Positions 36,818-51,600 of a stretch of DNA of 64,000 nt are shown piece by piece. The notes under the pieces are model-generated. The model did not search any database. It saw nothing but the letters and a program-made list of their open reading frames with translations, and was not told the origin of the DNA. The stretch spans positions 1,178,001 through 1,242,000 of the forward strand of contig OZ287078.1 of assembly GCA_965645245.1 (NCBI GenBank). Direction: 5' to 3'. The position numbers and the translations under genes are program-made. How positions within the stretch are numbered: position 1 is the first letter of the stretch; the number at the start of each line of letters is the position of its first letter. This stretch comes from Massalongia carnosa (Eukaryota).

Positions 36818-39800
36818 TCACGCGTTCCACAAAACCTCACTCAGCACCAGCGAATGCTCGCTTAATCCCCGTTTCGCCTGCACCGATACATCGCGTCGTT
36901 CGCTTTTCAAGCCTTCGGAATAACACAACTCCACCAACACCTTCATCTCCTCAAGGCTGAACCCCAACTCTCCCTTCCCTTCCCCATCCTCCGCGGCCTC
37001 CCTCGCCCGCTGTACGATCCCCTCAGGGCCCTCCATAAAGTAGTCGAAGAAGCGTGCGCTGCGGCTCAGGGCGGCGGCAGGGTCCGGATCCACAGCCTTG
37101 AGGTTCTGCTGCAGGACGAGAACGTTGAGCTGCATACGGCCGCAGCCATGACGGTTCATGGCGCCGACGCGCGCGATGTTGCGCACGAGGGCGGTGTCGA
37201 CCAAGCGGGCGAGGTGAGCGGTAATGAAGCGATGTTCGCGGGCGGGGAGGTGGGTGGTAAGGGTGTCGTCGAAGGCGAGAAGGTCGGAATTCAGAGAAAG
37301 GATGGTGGGGTCGGGATCTTGGGCTGGGTGGTGGAGGAGATAGGTGGTTGAGAGTGAGCGGGTGAGCATATGGATTATTCCGAGCCGAATATCAAGGTGG
37401 AGGGTTAGCAAGGCAGTAGTGGCGAGAGTGCGGATGGAGGTAAGTATCGTGTCAAAGGCGCTATAGAAAGGAGTTAGACGATACGGGTGAGATCGGATGA
37501 GAAAGGATTTTACCGGACGGATTCTGGGGTCATGGGCAGGTAGATGGGGGCGTTTTTGTCTTGGAGCTTGAGAGAGTCAAGGGCTGTCCATCTCATTGTT
37601 TGAGAGTGTCTAGATGAGTCTCTTTGGGATTGATTTCTCGTGACATCACGGAGCTGACTCAGGCGGGCTGCAAGCCATTGCTGTGCTTGGTCAGCACCAT
37701 TACAAATTTCACACGTGAGGGCTACGTACCATGCTGGAATACAGCAAGCAAAGCGCGGTTACAGATCGGTGGTCAGAAATGATGTCGAAGGGTTCCAGTG
37801 GTGTTTCATTGGTCTTGGAGATGAGTAGATCGATTTCCTGATGGCTGTTAGCTGGTCCAAGTAGATGGCTGAGCATCCTACCTTTTGCGGTCGCTCATCT
37901 GACCCAGAACCATCGCTCGTCCATGTTTCTTCGACCATCTCCTTGAGCTCTCCGCTTTCTGCCATCGCAGCGGCAGTCTTAAGTCGTGGCCCATCTTCAA
38001 GCGTTTTTCCTGCTCGGGTGACCAGTGCTAAAAACTTCAGGGGTGGTTCGAAGAAACAAAGAAGGAAACCCACCCTGGTACCAACCGCAACACTTGTCAT
38101 AATAAGCCACCATTTGCGATATGATCAGCTGTGTAAACGCCTGATCTTGGGGTATGGTGTCTAGCAGTTTGCAGAATGCCCTAATCAATCCCAAAAACGT
38201 AGCTGTGCCCTGGGAAATTTAGTTCATGAGCTTGGCGGATTTGCCAACATAATAATGTCTTACTCGAAATATCGGCCTCTTCGCATGCTGCGGCCAGTGT
38301 GCATCTTGCTGAAATGCGTTAACATCACCCAATGCCCGGGCGCACAACTCCCCGACGGTTTCTTCGAGTTGCGGATGAAAAACATTAACAAGAAAGTCAT
38401 CTAGGAACGAGGTTAATGTACTAGTTGCAATATCCGACTCCAAAGGTACAATGTCTTTCAAGCGTTGGAGAAATGAAAGCGAAGGTGGTAAGAGAATACT
38501 GATGTTAAAGACGTTTGGCTCAATGAGTAGCTTATGCCCGACAGCGGGACCATCGCTTGCCATGCTCGTGTCGTCATGGCGGACGCCCGAGTGTCGAACG
38601 GATTTGGAAACCAATCCGGGCACTGAGGCTTGAAGAATTTGCTCAAGCGCTTCCTGTTCGATGGCCAGGTCCGCGCTTTTCTTGTCGATTCCAGCAAATT
38701 TGAAGACCCGCTGTAATGCTTAGTAGATTCTTGGAAAGAAGCAAGGCCTAGCTACCTTGTTCTTATCTCGAGCGTTCCGTTGGAAGATGCTAACTTCTGT
38801 ATCAGGAGCGCGACCTGTTCTGTAAGAAAAGTCGACATCCGTAGCCAGATAATCATGCAGTAGTGACCGTATCTAAATCGATTAGACTTCAACGACCATG
38901 AACGCAGTTTGAAGACCGACCTCGCTTTGATAGAGTTTCCACAACTCTTTGAACCCACTCAGAAGTGAGTTAGAATCTCTCAGTCCTTCACGTTTGACTA
39001 TACCAGCCACTACATCATGCATAGCTCTATGTCCTTCCGCGATGGCTTCGAATTTGGAGTAGAGCGTCCACAAAAGGTCTTTCAACACGTAGGTTCGACC
39101 GCTATTGCTATCCAAATCAAAGTCCACCGTGCCCTTTTGGGACTTTGGTCGTTCTCGGAGGTGATTTGGATGGCGTTGGTCAATTTCCTTATTTGTCTTG
39201 TCCACGATCGAAAACAATTCTATAGGGAGCCTTTGCTCCATGCGGTCAACGGCAAGGTTCAAATGGCCTAATTTGTTCAGCGACTCGATAACCATGTATA
39301 TGTATTGGAAGCTGTCCGACTCCAGATTTCGAGACGCATCATCTTCTAACTGGTTGATCTGGGGTTAGCATTCGCTCTACGTTGGACTTAACTCCACTCA
39401 CAACACTTGAAGTATCCAAACCCTCAAGAAATTGATAAAGAGCCCTGCCCCAAGTATCGGCTATACATTAATGAGCAATGTGTTAGTGAGAGATGCAAGG
39501 GATTATACATAATGATGATCCTCCACCCCCAGGCACCGTCATTCCGGTTTTCTTCGGTGTATAGGGCTTCCAGCGGTCTTGACAGAAGGGCGACTTAAGG
39601 TAAAGGTGGTCATGGAGCTCTTCAATTAGTATGTCTGTTAAGGACTGCAGTTGAATCAGCAAGCCTCTTGATTACGATAAGCTGCTCAACGAACTGCTTC
39701 TTGATTGCTGAAATACACCCGAAGATCTGTCAACGCCCCAACATTCTCCAGCTCCGATCTGTTAATCATCCTCAAACCGTCTTGCAAAGTATCAACAGCG

Positions 39801-40855
39801 GACAGAAAATGCTTATCAGATATTTTGGCGTCCAGCTGCTCAGGCAACAACTGTAGTTTCTCGCTAGTAGGACATTGAGCTGGAGCAACACAGCAGATCG
39901 TTTAATACTTACATCCGTCCTAATATTTGTAGCATCTCTTCGTACTCTTGAGATGAGGAACCCAGCCCTTTCAGTTCTGGTCTGGAAACCATGAGATTAG
40001 ATTTCGCATTATGCATGGACTCCCTCAAGCTTCTGACACGATGCTGCGATGACTGTATGCTTGATTGGATTTTATGAAACGTTCCAATAGAACTGTTGAA
40101 GCCCTGGTGATGCTCTAATGGTGCTTAGCATCTGCGCCGCCGACCTAAACGTGGATAATATACCGTTGACTATTGCCTTTAGGGCTTTTTGAAGCTGTTT
40201 GCTTGTTTTTTGAAAGTCTTTGTAATCACCCCCGCGGCCCAGCGATGAATAATCCATAAGTTGAAGGGCGACATGAACAGGGAGACAGTCCTCTTTGGTC
40301 ATGATCTCCCAATTCTCATGGATATGCTCTAGTACACCTGCAATGGTCGACGTCAGTCGAGTGTGGATCTGGAAGCGTCTGTAGTCCCGATAGAGCATCG
40401 AAAAGCAGCGGTTGTGTAGAAATATAATTCCAAATATAAATACCATAATATTCCCAGGACATCCATTTGAAGGTAATAGTTGAAGGCTACTGACCTTCGA
40501 TTTGCCTGCTACCTTGACCGACAGGTTCTCCCCTAGATTTACTTGAGTCTGGTTTATTTCTTTCCCCACTCTTGCTACCGTTATCGACATGCAAATTTCC
40601 CCTTTCAGTCCTGGGCCGCGTATAGCTATTGTTCGTATTGAGAGCCGGTGCTCCACGTTGCGAGGAATGCTGCAGTTCATGGTCTTCAGGGCCCGACGAA
40701 TTATCATTCCCAAAGCCTCCCAAACCTCTCTCACGCCGCTCTCTACTCCCGTCTACCGCCCCCCCGTTATGACGAACGTCATCGTACTGTTTTGGTGCTT
40801 CCTGCGTGTAGTTACCATTGGTGTATCCATTGCTGCCATTGGAAGGTCCCGACAT
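36818..40855 (-). CDS. SEC8: Exocyst complex component Sec8
   Basis: Multi-exon gene with CLPVHVALQLMDYSSLGR, HHQGFNSSIGTFHKI, EQRLPIELF, GHKLLIEPNVFNI, FLVNVFHPQLEET and GCGRMQLNVLVLQQNLK. Confidence 0.92.
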
Positions 40856-43706
40856 GGTAAATCAGAATATAGGTGGCTCTTTGTCGGAATTCTTGTCATG
40901 TTTCCTGTTCTATCCAGTCTTCTCCGAGTAAAGGTTTGTTTTGAAACATTGGACATTTATTGACGCTGAATTCCACAATTTTATATTTATCTCAACGAAA
41001 GCGTGAGCAGAGCCCAAAGAGCATCCTCTCTACCATTTCTGGTTAAGCCGTAAACTTTCCCGTAATCTCAATGATCCGAAACACCGAGACGCTAGTTACT
41101 AAATCACGTGTGTCTAAAGAGCCCCAAACCAACATGGTAAAACTCAATTTTCTTAAAATAACCACTATAAGCCCAATATAACAAGATGATATATCTAGGC
41201 ACTCTGCATAAGATTTTTTTAGAGCTTAAGTCTTAATAAACTTACTCTATGTGCATACAGAACCTGGCTGAGTCTGGTGCTGAGATGGTGAGCGGCCGAA
41301 AAAAATCATCTCACTATCAAGCTCCATTATAAGCTGGAAAACCCAGTCTTGGCGAGGTTACGGCTGCAATCAAGTTTTGTTTACATCAATCAAGCCCCTG
41401 CGGCGACTTCTAGTCCCGGTTTAAATGGTCTATGGGCTTGACAAGCTGGGAAAATTTTTATGTTATTTCTTCCACGGTGTCGGTTGTTCTCAAACATGCA
41501 AGGGGCCTGAAGAGTCAGAACCAGAAAATTTCATACCTTGCTGGACTCGGTTTGCTGGTTTGGGGAGTTATGGCTGTATTTCTACCTGGCCGTTATGACT
41601 ACGTGGAGGGGGGGATGATATGGCATGCTCTGACACAAGAGATGTATGTGTCGTGCTCCAATTAAAGGAAGACGAAGAATAATCACCAACTAACTTCTAG
41701 CCTTCATTTCCTGAATGAGAGCATGTTGATTTGTACATCTTTGAAAAGCCTTATGAAAAGATAGGCATATGACCGGGTGAAACGATGACCTATGAGTCTC
41801 GCCTCTAAGCCCTGGTTTTAATATCATCACAAAATATCCTGCTAAGATTCAACCAGTCAAGGGATGATTGAAGAGGTTTGCCTTCTTCGAGACTCTATTT
41901 CGCATTTTCTAAAATCAGCACAAAAGCCAAGCCATAACACCTGAGCATGTACTGCACGGTTTTGTTCTTTTTGCTGACACTGTCAGATTCCAAAGCTATT
42001 GGTGCTAACCATTTCAACAAATGCCATAAGTCAGATGACCGCTCCAATCTCTTATATCTGTTCAGAATTGGATAGATGTTTGGAATATCAACGAAAACAC
42101 AGGAGAAGCAAAGATATGATTAAATTCCAATTCAGATGGTCGAATAAGCACAATCCGTGAGCTTGGTATCCGGTTGCTGAGACCAAGCAAACATGCTCGT
42201 GGCATTGCCATGACTGCTAGAGGTAAGAAGAAGCGCTCATCCATGGACGCTGTTGAAAAACAGGTCAAGCGAGGATACCATGGTATCAAAGAAAAAGAAG
42301 CGCCTCATTTGAAGATTTGAACAGATCCTGTTCTTCGTGAACCCTTTTCGCCCTGGTCTCCAAGTCTACCATCAGCTCTTCATCCCCTCAAACAACTTGA
42401 TGTCCCAAACCTGCCCTATGTCTCATTTCTCCTTCGCGCTTGAATGCCCATTATCCTCAAGTTGAATCTGTCTCATGCTTTTTTCATAGAAGTTTACTTT
42501 AACCTTCAGCCCTCCAGCCTACCCTCTAGGGGTTAAGAGAAAGGGAGGGTGGGAGGGTTGTAAGGCGTGCTGAGAGAGAATCTGGATGGGAAGTAGGGGC
42601 AGCAAATCGGAAGACCAGAGGAGGTGTCTTAGCTAGAAAGCGGAAGATTCATACTGCTACTAGGTGTCGTCCTTTCCAGAAGAGCAGAAAAGGACAGAGT
42701 AAACAACCAAGCATAACTCTCTGCGATAGAAAGGTTTTCCTGTGTCTCCGAACCTCTCACCTCCCCTTTCCCAATCTCCTTCTCATAAGCCACCCAGGTG
42801 TCCACACTCTACACACCCGCACCACCATAATAGATAGACCCATTCCGCCCCATATTCCACTATCCCCAAACCTCAGCCTATTCATTAATTCTCCAAGTAT
42901 AAGCGCTAAATAGTGAAAGCCGGTGCGATTGCGATTGCGAGAGGTTTGGGTTGTCTTTTTTACACACACATAGTATACAGTATAGAGTATACATACATAC
43001 GTACCAACTTAGATTATTATACTTAGAATGTATATAGTATGTGTGTATTTAGGTAGTAGATACCTTTGGGGGGGGGGGGGGGGGGGGGGTTCCTCGTTCG
43101 CAATCCTTCATCTCTGTACAGGATATAATAATAGCAATATGATCCACCGAATAAAAGAGAAGCCCTAACAAAAAAAACACCCAAACCGCCCCTACGAAAG
43201 GAAGAAAGGCAAGGAAAACACCCCTCCCACACTGAAAACATACTCCCAGACTAGACACATATTCCAACGCAAGGCAGGCAGGTAGATTTGATTCCACCCA
43301 AGTAGGTATCTACATAAGATAGGTTGAGTTCCTAAAGTATGTAAGTATCTACGTAAATGAAGGGCCTCTTTCCGCCTTGATTCAATTAATCAAGCCCTAC
43401 TGAGGAAACCCAAACAATCTAGAAACCTATAGATATACCGAATCTTCTTCTCGTTGCGTTCATGTTACACGCAAAGTGTCGAACCACAACAGGAGGAGGG
43501 GGCAGGCTATCAGGGAGGGAAAGGATGAGATTTGTGAGAGTGATAGTTATCGGAATGCCTAAGAGAAGTATTCGCTATATGTGAGAGAGAGAGAGATTCT
43601 CAAGGAGAAATTACATTGCGGAAGACCAGGCTTTTCATTTTCATTTTCGTTTTCCTTTTTTTTATTTTAGAAAAACGCTCAAAGAACGAACCGTAGAGAC
43701 CGTTAG

Positions 43707-45426
43707 TTAGCCCATCACCATGCCCTTCAACCCGGCCATGTCGCCCTCCTTGGCGGCAATCTCGAAATATCCGTAGATGATGCTGTATACGAGTTAGCAC
43801 ACTACCTTACAAAACAGCGGAGTGCCTGGGCGATATAGGAGAATACTCACGTGACAGCCAACAAAATTCCCGTTCCCGATCCCAGCGCGCCGAGAAGATC
43901 GCTCGCAACGGATAATGCGCCAATGCAAGCTCCACCAAAAGCAGCTGCGGTAGGGATAACCCGTTTCAACTCCTTATACATGCTCTGCTCCCGATGTCCC
44001 GCCATCACCAACCCTTGCTCCTTGAGCTGCTTGGCTACATCCCTAGGCGCGGAGCCGGAAACCTCGATCCACGTCTTAGAGAATACCGCGCAAGCCACCA
44101 GCATGAAGGTAATGTAGACGGCGGTGTGCACGGGATCCAGCAAAGCTTCGGTAAAGTTCAGCGGCGGGGACATGTAATATGCAATTCCTGAGGCGGCGTA
44201 CAGCTGCGAGGAGCCTTCACGGGGCTCCCAGACGCCAAGAAGCTTGACAAGGAGGTTGTCCGAGAAGCGGGAGTACATCATCTGGCTAACGAGGAAGATA
44301 TTGGATGACAGAGCGGACTGGAGCATGATGGGCATGTTGGAGGTATAGAACAAGCGCACGGGGTACGAGCCTCGCATCCCGCGTTGGCGAGATGATTTGA
44401 CCGGAATTTCGACGCGGAAGCCTTGTAGGTATATGACAGCTGCGAAGACGAGGAGCGTAGCGAGGAGATTCATGATGTTGGGCAGATTCTGTCGGTAAAA
44501 CGCTTCACGAAGAGCATGTTGCTTGTCAGGCCAGGTAAGCAGGAGATGGAAGAGTGCAATGACTGCTCCCTCAAACTCAGGACCTCTGCCAGTATTGATT
44601 GTGGTGGGCGAAAATGCCTTCCAGATGATGGATTCGCAAATGTTTGTAGCGATGAACAAGGAGATGCCACTGCCCAGGCCGTATCCCTTTTGGAGTAACT
44701 CGTCCAGTAAGATGACAATAAGTCCAGCAACAACTAACTGGACTACCAAGAGTACGCAAATGCCAGCACCAAGATCTGACGGTTGTCCGTACAGTCCGGT
44801 TAAAACATAGACGCAGGCTTGGCCGAAAGTGATGATTATGGCGAAAAGCTTCTGAGCCGTCTGATATAGCTCGCGATCGGTTTTCAAGTCCAAGTTTACA
44901 TCAATAAGATGGGTACCGGCCAGTAGCTAGACCTTATGTCAGCACATATCATCGTCTATATAAAGATACTCTGCCCACCTGAAACACCATTCCCGAAGAA
45001 ATAATCGGTGTGATACCCAGCTCCATCAGCGTTCCTCTATTACTCGCCAACATCATTCGTAGCCAGTACAGAGGGTCTGAGGAGTCCGAAGACACAATGC
45101 CGTATAAGGGCATCTGGCTCATGACCAGAAAGATCAGAAGCGTCAACTGTGGAAGCGTACTGTCAGCTCTTGGCCTTTTCATGCTTAAATATTCATCTGA
45201 GGCACGGCGCAGATCGTGGATAATTTACCCCCGTCCACATCAGCTTTTGGTTGAATGGTATTTTGGTTTCAGGGGACGCGACTTCGGGAAGAAGAGGAGT
45301 AAAGGGTTTGATGAGGTCGAGAAATCGTACTATGCAAAAGAGACCTGTTAGTTGCAGCCATTACTATATCCCACAGTATGAATCTAGACTGAGTTTAAGG
45401 GGTGTATATTACGTACGACCGCTCAT
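43707..45426 (-). CDS. SEC61: Protein translocon subunit Sec61 alpha
   Basis: [59 protein letters not shown] and [12 protein letters not shown]. Several short GT-AG introns. Confidence 0.97.
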
Positions 45427-45890
45427 GATGGTGGTGATGCCGCAGCGCGGACTTTTGCTCACTCAAAGTAGTAGAAAAGTAACAAACTGAAAGAAGTACA
45501 AAAATCAGGTTCAGCACAGAAACTCCAGTTTGGTGGCCAGAACGCAGTTGGGGACAAATATTGAAGGAGCGTCGAGGAGATTTGGTTGGTATGTATTCAG
45601 ATTGTGCGGATGTCGGTCAACTTTTCGTATTTTCTCACTTTGTTCGCGAAGAGAAAAGGAAAACGAAAGGACACATTTCGCATCACGCTAGTGCTTGAAC
45701 CTCGAAACCAGATGTATTGGATACATCCTCCTTCTTCATTCAACTTGGCCCCCAGAACCTTCTGTACTTAACCAATGTGCAATTTGTATTTACAAAACTC
45801 GTTCAGGCCATTCTTTGGGTCAACGCCTTTGTACACCTGTTCCATCTGCAGATGATGAGCACATCCATGCATGACAACAAATCCCATCCC

Positions 45891-46939
45891 CTACCACCCC
45901 CTTCCAGCCATCTTATCCCCCTCGCTCATCTTGCCCACATTTAAACCCACCATCGCCTCTCCCAAGTCCGTACTGACCTCTGCCAGAATATTTGCATCCC
46001 TAAAGTGCGTCACAGCCTGTACAATCGCCTTCGCCCTCAAAGCCGCATTCCCGCTCTTAAAGATCCCGCTTCCCACGAATACCCCGTCGCAACCGAGTTG
46101 CATCATCAACGCAGCATCAGCAGGTGTCGCGACTCCTCCCGCAGCGAAGTTGACCACGGGCAACCGACCTAGCTCCGCGGTTTCCTTGAGCAGATCAAAG
46201 GGCGCCCCGATGTCTTTCGCCATCACTCTCAATTCCATGTCGCTCATGCCTTTCGCCCGATTGATGTCCGCAGTGACCGTTCGCATGTGTCTTACAGCCT
46301 CGACCACATCCCCGGTCCCTGCCTCTCCTTTTGTACGGATCATGGCTGCGCCTTCTGAAATACGTCGCAGAGCTTCACCCAAATTTCGACAGCCGCATAC
46401 AAACGGAACATGAAAAGGGTGTTTCTCAACGTGATGGAAAGCATCGGCCGGCGTAAGGACTTCCGATTCGTCGATATAATCCACCCCCAATGCTTCGAGG
46501 ATCTAACAGAGTGGAGACTCAATCAACCACTCTCATATTACTGTGCAGCAAGGAAAGGCACACCTGGCATTCCACAAAGTGGCCTATTCTTGCCTTCGCC
46601 ATGACGGGAATAGTAACAGTATCCATAATCTCCTTGATCATCTTCGGGTCCGACATGCGGGCAACACCACCTTGTGCTCGAATATCCGCAGGCACCCGTT
46701 CGAGCGCCATCACCGCGCAAGCCCCTGCTTCCTCTGCTATTCTTGCCTTCAATTAATCAGCATCAGCTCACAGGGTTGAAACGGTTTGAGGGACTCAAGA
46801 CCTGATCGGCATTGACAACGTCCATAATGACGCCGCCCTTTAGCATTTTTGCAAGGCCAGTCTTGACAGTAAAGTTGGTGGATCCTTTCTGGCTGTCTCC
46901 CGCTGAACCATTGCCGTTAATGGAGACATCGTTGGTCAT
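45891..46939 (-). CDS. PDX1: Pyridoxal 5'-phosphate synthase subunit (PDX1/SNZ/pyroA)
   Basis: [38 protein letters not shown] and [18 protein letters not shown]. Two introns. Confidence 0.97.
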
Positions 46940-47534
46940 TGCCGCTTTAGTATTAAAGAAGGTTAATGTTCCCTTTAAGTAAGTCTGCAAGAGAAACTTC
47001 AACAGTTGTATGACTTCAGGATACGATTAACCGGCCCGCTCAAGGTGCGAACGATCCAATTCTATAATCTGCAAACTCAGATGGCAAGGTCTAAAAATAA
47101 CACCTCAAGAAGGAATAACAACAACGACCAAGATGTAGGAAGTCAAACCGTTTAGTTTAAAAAGAAGAGCTTGTAGAGAAAACCAGGAGCATAGAAAATC
47201 TTATGTAAGCGTATGTATGACTCCCCTCGGAGATGGTGACGACAAAAAATCCACCGGATTTTTTTGAGGGTTCTAAATGCGTTTATTCGTGCCGAGAGCC
47301 GATCTCGGCGAAGATTGACCATTTCTTCTGGCCTTACCGCTTATCGGCGGTCCATTCTCATCTAGCCTAGTGCATAGTTAAAGGTGACAGCATCAACAGA
47401 GCTTCTCTACTATACCTAGCTTCTTCAACTCCACCCTCCATCAACTAGGACCACCAATTCTTCACGCTCTCCCCGCCCATCCTCTCTCCCGCTAATTCAT
47501 CCCCCCCCGTAATCCTTCATAAAATTTCGGAAAA

Positions 47535-48384
47535 ATGCCCTTCCGCCCCCTAACCCTCACTCTTGGCCTTGGCCTCACCACCGCCTTCGCCGCTCACGCA
47601 ATCCATATCCGCTCCCCCCTCCGCTGCGACCCCTCCTTCTCCTCCTCCTCCAAGCTCCCCAGCGCCCTACGTACCTACTCCGATGAAGCCAAAGTCCCCG
47701 TTGTGTCGCGGAGCGGCCGGCCGAATCCAGCGGCGCTGAAGCAGGTGAGCGCGGGGAGCCTGTTGGGTAAGTTTGGCGGCATTTCTTTCTTTCTTTGAGA
47801 AAATGGCGTATTAATTTCGAAGCGGGAAGTGGGGGTAATGAGAGAAAGCACCAGGGGGGCACGGAAAGGAGGAGGATAACACTATTGGGTTATTGGAGGG
47901 AACCAGAATCTCTTGCTGATGCAAATACGACATGTTAGGGCTTCTATGTGGGGTAGCGATAAGCTCGTTTTCGAAAAAGCTTGCAATGCTGTTCGGGTTG
48001 TTGGTCTTTGGCATTCAGGTACGCCGCTTTGCCCCACCTCTACCACCCCCCCGGTTCTCTACTATGTTTCCCCTCCTCATTTCCTCATTCCCCTCTGTTA
48101 CTACACACAGCAATCAAAGCCAATTATCCGCTCTACATCTTTCTTGTTGTAGACATAATACCTGCCTGCGGCCCCAACAAGTAGCTTGCTAACCACAAGG
48201 CCCTGGAATGGAATGGAAATGTTAAATACAGTTCGCTGCGTCAAAAGGCTATAACATCCTCCCCGCAAGGCGCATTCAGCGATACGTAAAATCCATCGAC
48301 TTGCGCTCGGCGGTAGAAGACAACGTGGCATTCAAGTTTAGCTTTGGGATGACGTGTGCGTTGGCGGCGTTTCGGGGCTTTTGA
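47535..48384 (+). CDS. FUN14-family mitochondrial outer membrane protein
   Basis: Exons ~47535-47766, 47939-48018 and 48232-48384 give QVSAGSLLGLLCGVAISSFSKKLAMLFGLLVFGIQFAASKGYNILP...DNVAFKFSFG. Confidence 0.8.
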
Positions 48385-48629
48385 AACATACGGGAGGGGA
48401 GGGGAGGGTGAGGGGGCGATGCTGAGGGAAAGGTTTCGAACGGGTATTTTTGATGGGGAGAAGAGAGGAGATTGGGAGTAGGGAAATTGTACAGTTAATT
48501 GGATGATTTGGGAAAAATGTTGTTATTGCGCCTCACGCTATGCTGGTCCATCCTGCCTTGTCCCTTGGAGTACCGCCGCCTCGTATCCAGAGGTTCAATG
48601 GAATGGCAATCCAACGCCCGACCGTATCT

Positions 48630-51600
48630 TTACGAGACATACGAGAGATTGGTCCCCCGACAAGCCATCCAAAACTCCTTGACAACCTGATTGGTCCCTC
48701 TGGCGCCCCGGAGACTAAACAACGCCAGGAATTAGCCAGTGCACTGCTGCATGCCATCCTCAAGACAACCAAACTTACCTCATAACCTTCTGCAGCCAAA
48801 CCCTCTTCTCCACCGCTCCCACGTTCCGGCTAGGGAACGTATCGCTGGTCAGCGCGTCCGAGAGCCAGGATTTGGCTCTCGTTTGCGAAGAAACGAGCTT
48901 TTTCAACGGCTCCGCCAGGAAACCGAGCTCGCTGCGGGCGGCTTCCCCTCCTATGTTCATCACCAGGGCGTGGCTGAGCTGCAGCCCATATTCCTGCATA
49001 GCGCCGTCAACCATGCGCTGAACGTCATTTGCCAAGCCACGCGTCTGTACGAACGAAGTCTGATACCCCGTTAGTGAGCCATCACTGTGAAATGGAGAAG
49101 GCGACTTGGTCAATTACCCAGAACCATGCAGCCGATCGTTTCGGCATGATTTCTGGCAACGCTAGACATCGGAGAGAGAACCTGAATAGGTTGGGGATGC
49201 TCTCTTGCACTTGGATGTTGAGGAAGACGTGAAGGTAGTTTGGGATCATTTTCTCTGCTAGATCAATACAGCTTGACGCTACCTCGGGATCAACCGCGGG
49301 ATTGCCTGGGCCAACATTAATACTTGATTTGGTTATCACCTACTTCATACCTAAATTTGAAGTAGGAAGATCTACTCACCGTCCATCGAGCGGATAATTC
49401 CAAAAAGATGGACCAAAAATGTCAAGGCTGCACCTTCGACCGCCGGAGCTGGAGAGTTTGAATATCGGCTCAGCATTGCCCCAGCCGTGTCCAGTATGCA
49501 ATCTAGCCGCGCAGTACCCAGGTTGCTAGAGGTCACAAAGTTTTCGGTCACGTATGCTGGAAAAACAAAAGGTCCTGGCATATTTTCCTTAAAGCCAGTA
49601 CGGAGAACCTGACAGGCAGCTTCCATAATATCACTATCCCCCATCATAGAGCCGATTACAGCGTTTATGAGTTCAATGATTTTGGCCTGTAATAATGCTC
49701 CTCTCCCTTGCTCCCATACGGTCGAAGGTTCTGTTTCCGCATCGAGATCGATGGCAACTTCATCGGGTAACTGGAACGCTTTCCCCATATTAGCCAAGCA
49801 TCGTAGTGCACAAAGTCCATACGTTTGTGCTTGCTCGTATTGGCCGGTAGTTGTCAAATCCTTGGAAGTCTGAACATCCCTCTCAACAAAACTTAGCAGT
49901 AAGTTTGTTGGATCCACTTTGTCTTCATCCGTAGGAAGCGCCTGGATGATAGCCGCGATAGCACCCATAACCTTTCCCTTTGTGGAAGATCCAACGTTAT
50001 CCCAGCTCAGAAGCATTTCATATTGGCGCAAGAAGGTGCTAATTTCTGGGACTAACGGCTTCCGGCAGGCCCAGCACGTCGTAAAAATTGCTTTTGCTGC
50101 TACACTTGCCAAAGCATGTGATTTTAATGACTGGAACAAGAAATTTAACATTGACGGCAAGAATTCCATGTGCCGTTCAAAGAACGAGGTATAATTAGTG
50201 ATCACGTTCATAGCAGTCTGGCTTGTCTTCGGCGGTATTGAATCTGAACTCGCCAAGTCGGCGAAGAGAGAAGAGCTAAAAAGTCCAGAAAGAACGACAT
50301 CAAAAGAACCGTCGTTTGAGATGGATTCAGACAGCGCACTAAGACAGAAAAGAGTAGCTTCCAGCTGGAGCCAAGCGTGGTTCTTAAGTGATTCAAGGGC
50401 AAGGTGTGCAAATCTTACAAAGATATCGATACCTAATAATGTGTAAGAAGATTGCAGAAGGTCCTCCACATCTGAGCGGAAAGCATTGAAGGAAGCTCGG
50501 GCGTCAGAGTCCCAAGTAGCAAAAACGTCGGGTGAGGGCATCATGATCTTCATTAAGCATGCTTCAATGACTTTTGGGATGTATTGTCTTGCGTTCTCCA
50601 TCCATAAAGGGATATCTTCGCCAGCAGCGAAGAGCGAGTCAATCAAAAACTCCGTAAAAGTAGTCCAGAACTCTAAGCATTGCGAACATGCCTCATCTTC
50701 AGCTCCAGCATAGCCCTCACAGCCTAGCAGTTCGAGTAGCTGATGTATGATTCGCTTGGAATTTGGATTCTCAAAGTCCTTAGCAAGGTCTTGTACAATG
50801 GCGTCTCCGTACGCAAACAGCAATCTTGCAAAAGTCATTGGTTCTAGGCCAAAATCTCCTGCTTTCAAGTTGGCGATGAATACTTGAGCTGGTTCGCTGG
50901 ATAAGGTAACTGCTAAAGATTCGAAATCGCTATTTGTGAAAAATGCTGGAAAGTTACTCAATAAATCTGTTAGAGATTCGGCAGTAACATAGAACATTGC
51001 TGGTATGGTTAGATTGTATAAAGCAAAGGGTGTAAGTACTCGGAGTGGTCCTAGCTCCAAGGCCTTATCAATCCATGCTCGATGTGCGTATAAGACCCAT
51101 GCCTGCTCATTATAAGCATTTATTTAGAATTTCCCAGACGATGAAAAAGGGATGAACTACCTGATAGCATCTAATAGCTTCTTCGGAAACATCAATGTTT
51201 TGCGTCTCTTTGATGTTCATCGTGTGTTGCAAAAGATTTATAACGTCATCAATATCATAGACGACTTTGTCATGGTAGTGGTGCCTACGAGTCCCAATGA
51301 GCTTAAATCGTTCCATTGGCTTCGGAAGTGGGATTGGTACGTTTGTACACTTGCATTGTCTGTCTTACCCACTTCCTCGATAAGGCTGCTACAAAACCAA
51401 ACTCCGGTCAAAAGCTGGAGTCGACTAAGCTTGATGACAAGTCCAACAGTGGGCGGATATTGGGGTAAAGAATGGCGAGGCACAATAATTCCAGCGCTCA
51501 GACAGCACATGAGATGCCTAACACAATGCTCCCATGACACCGAGGGTCGAAGAAAATATGCAACAAGGGAGCTACAAAGTTTCCTAAGGACAAGAGAGCT

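Noticed and set aside
46940..47400. TPP riboswitch upstream of the vitamin-synthesis gene PDX1
   Set aside because: The conserved CTGAGA and GAACTTGATC...ACCAGCG aptamer elements were not seen.
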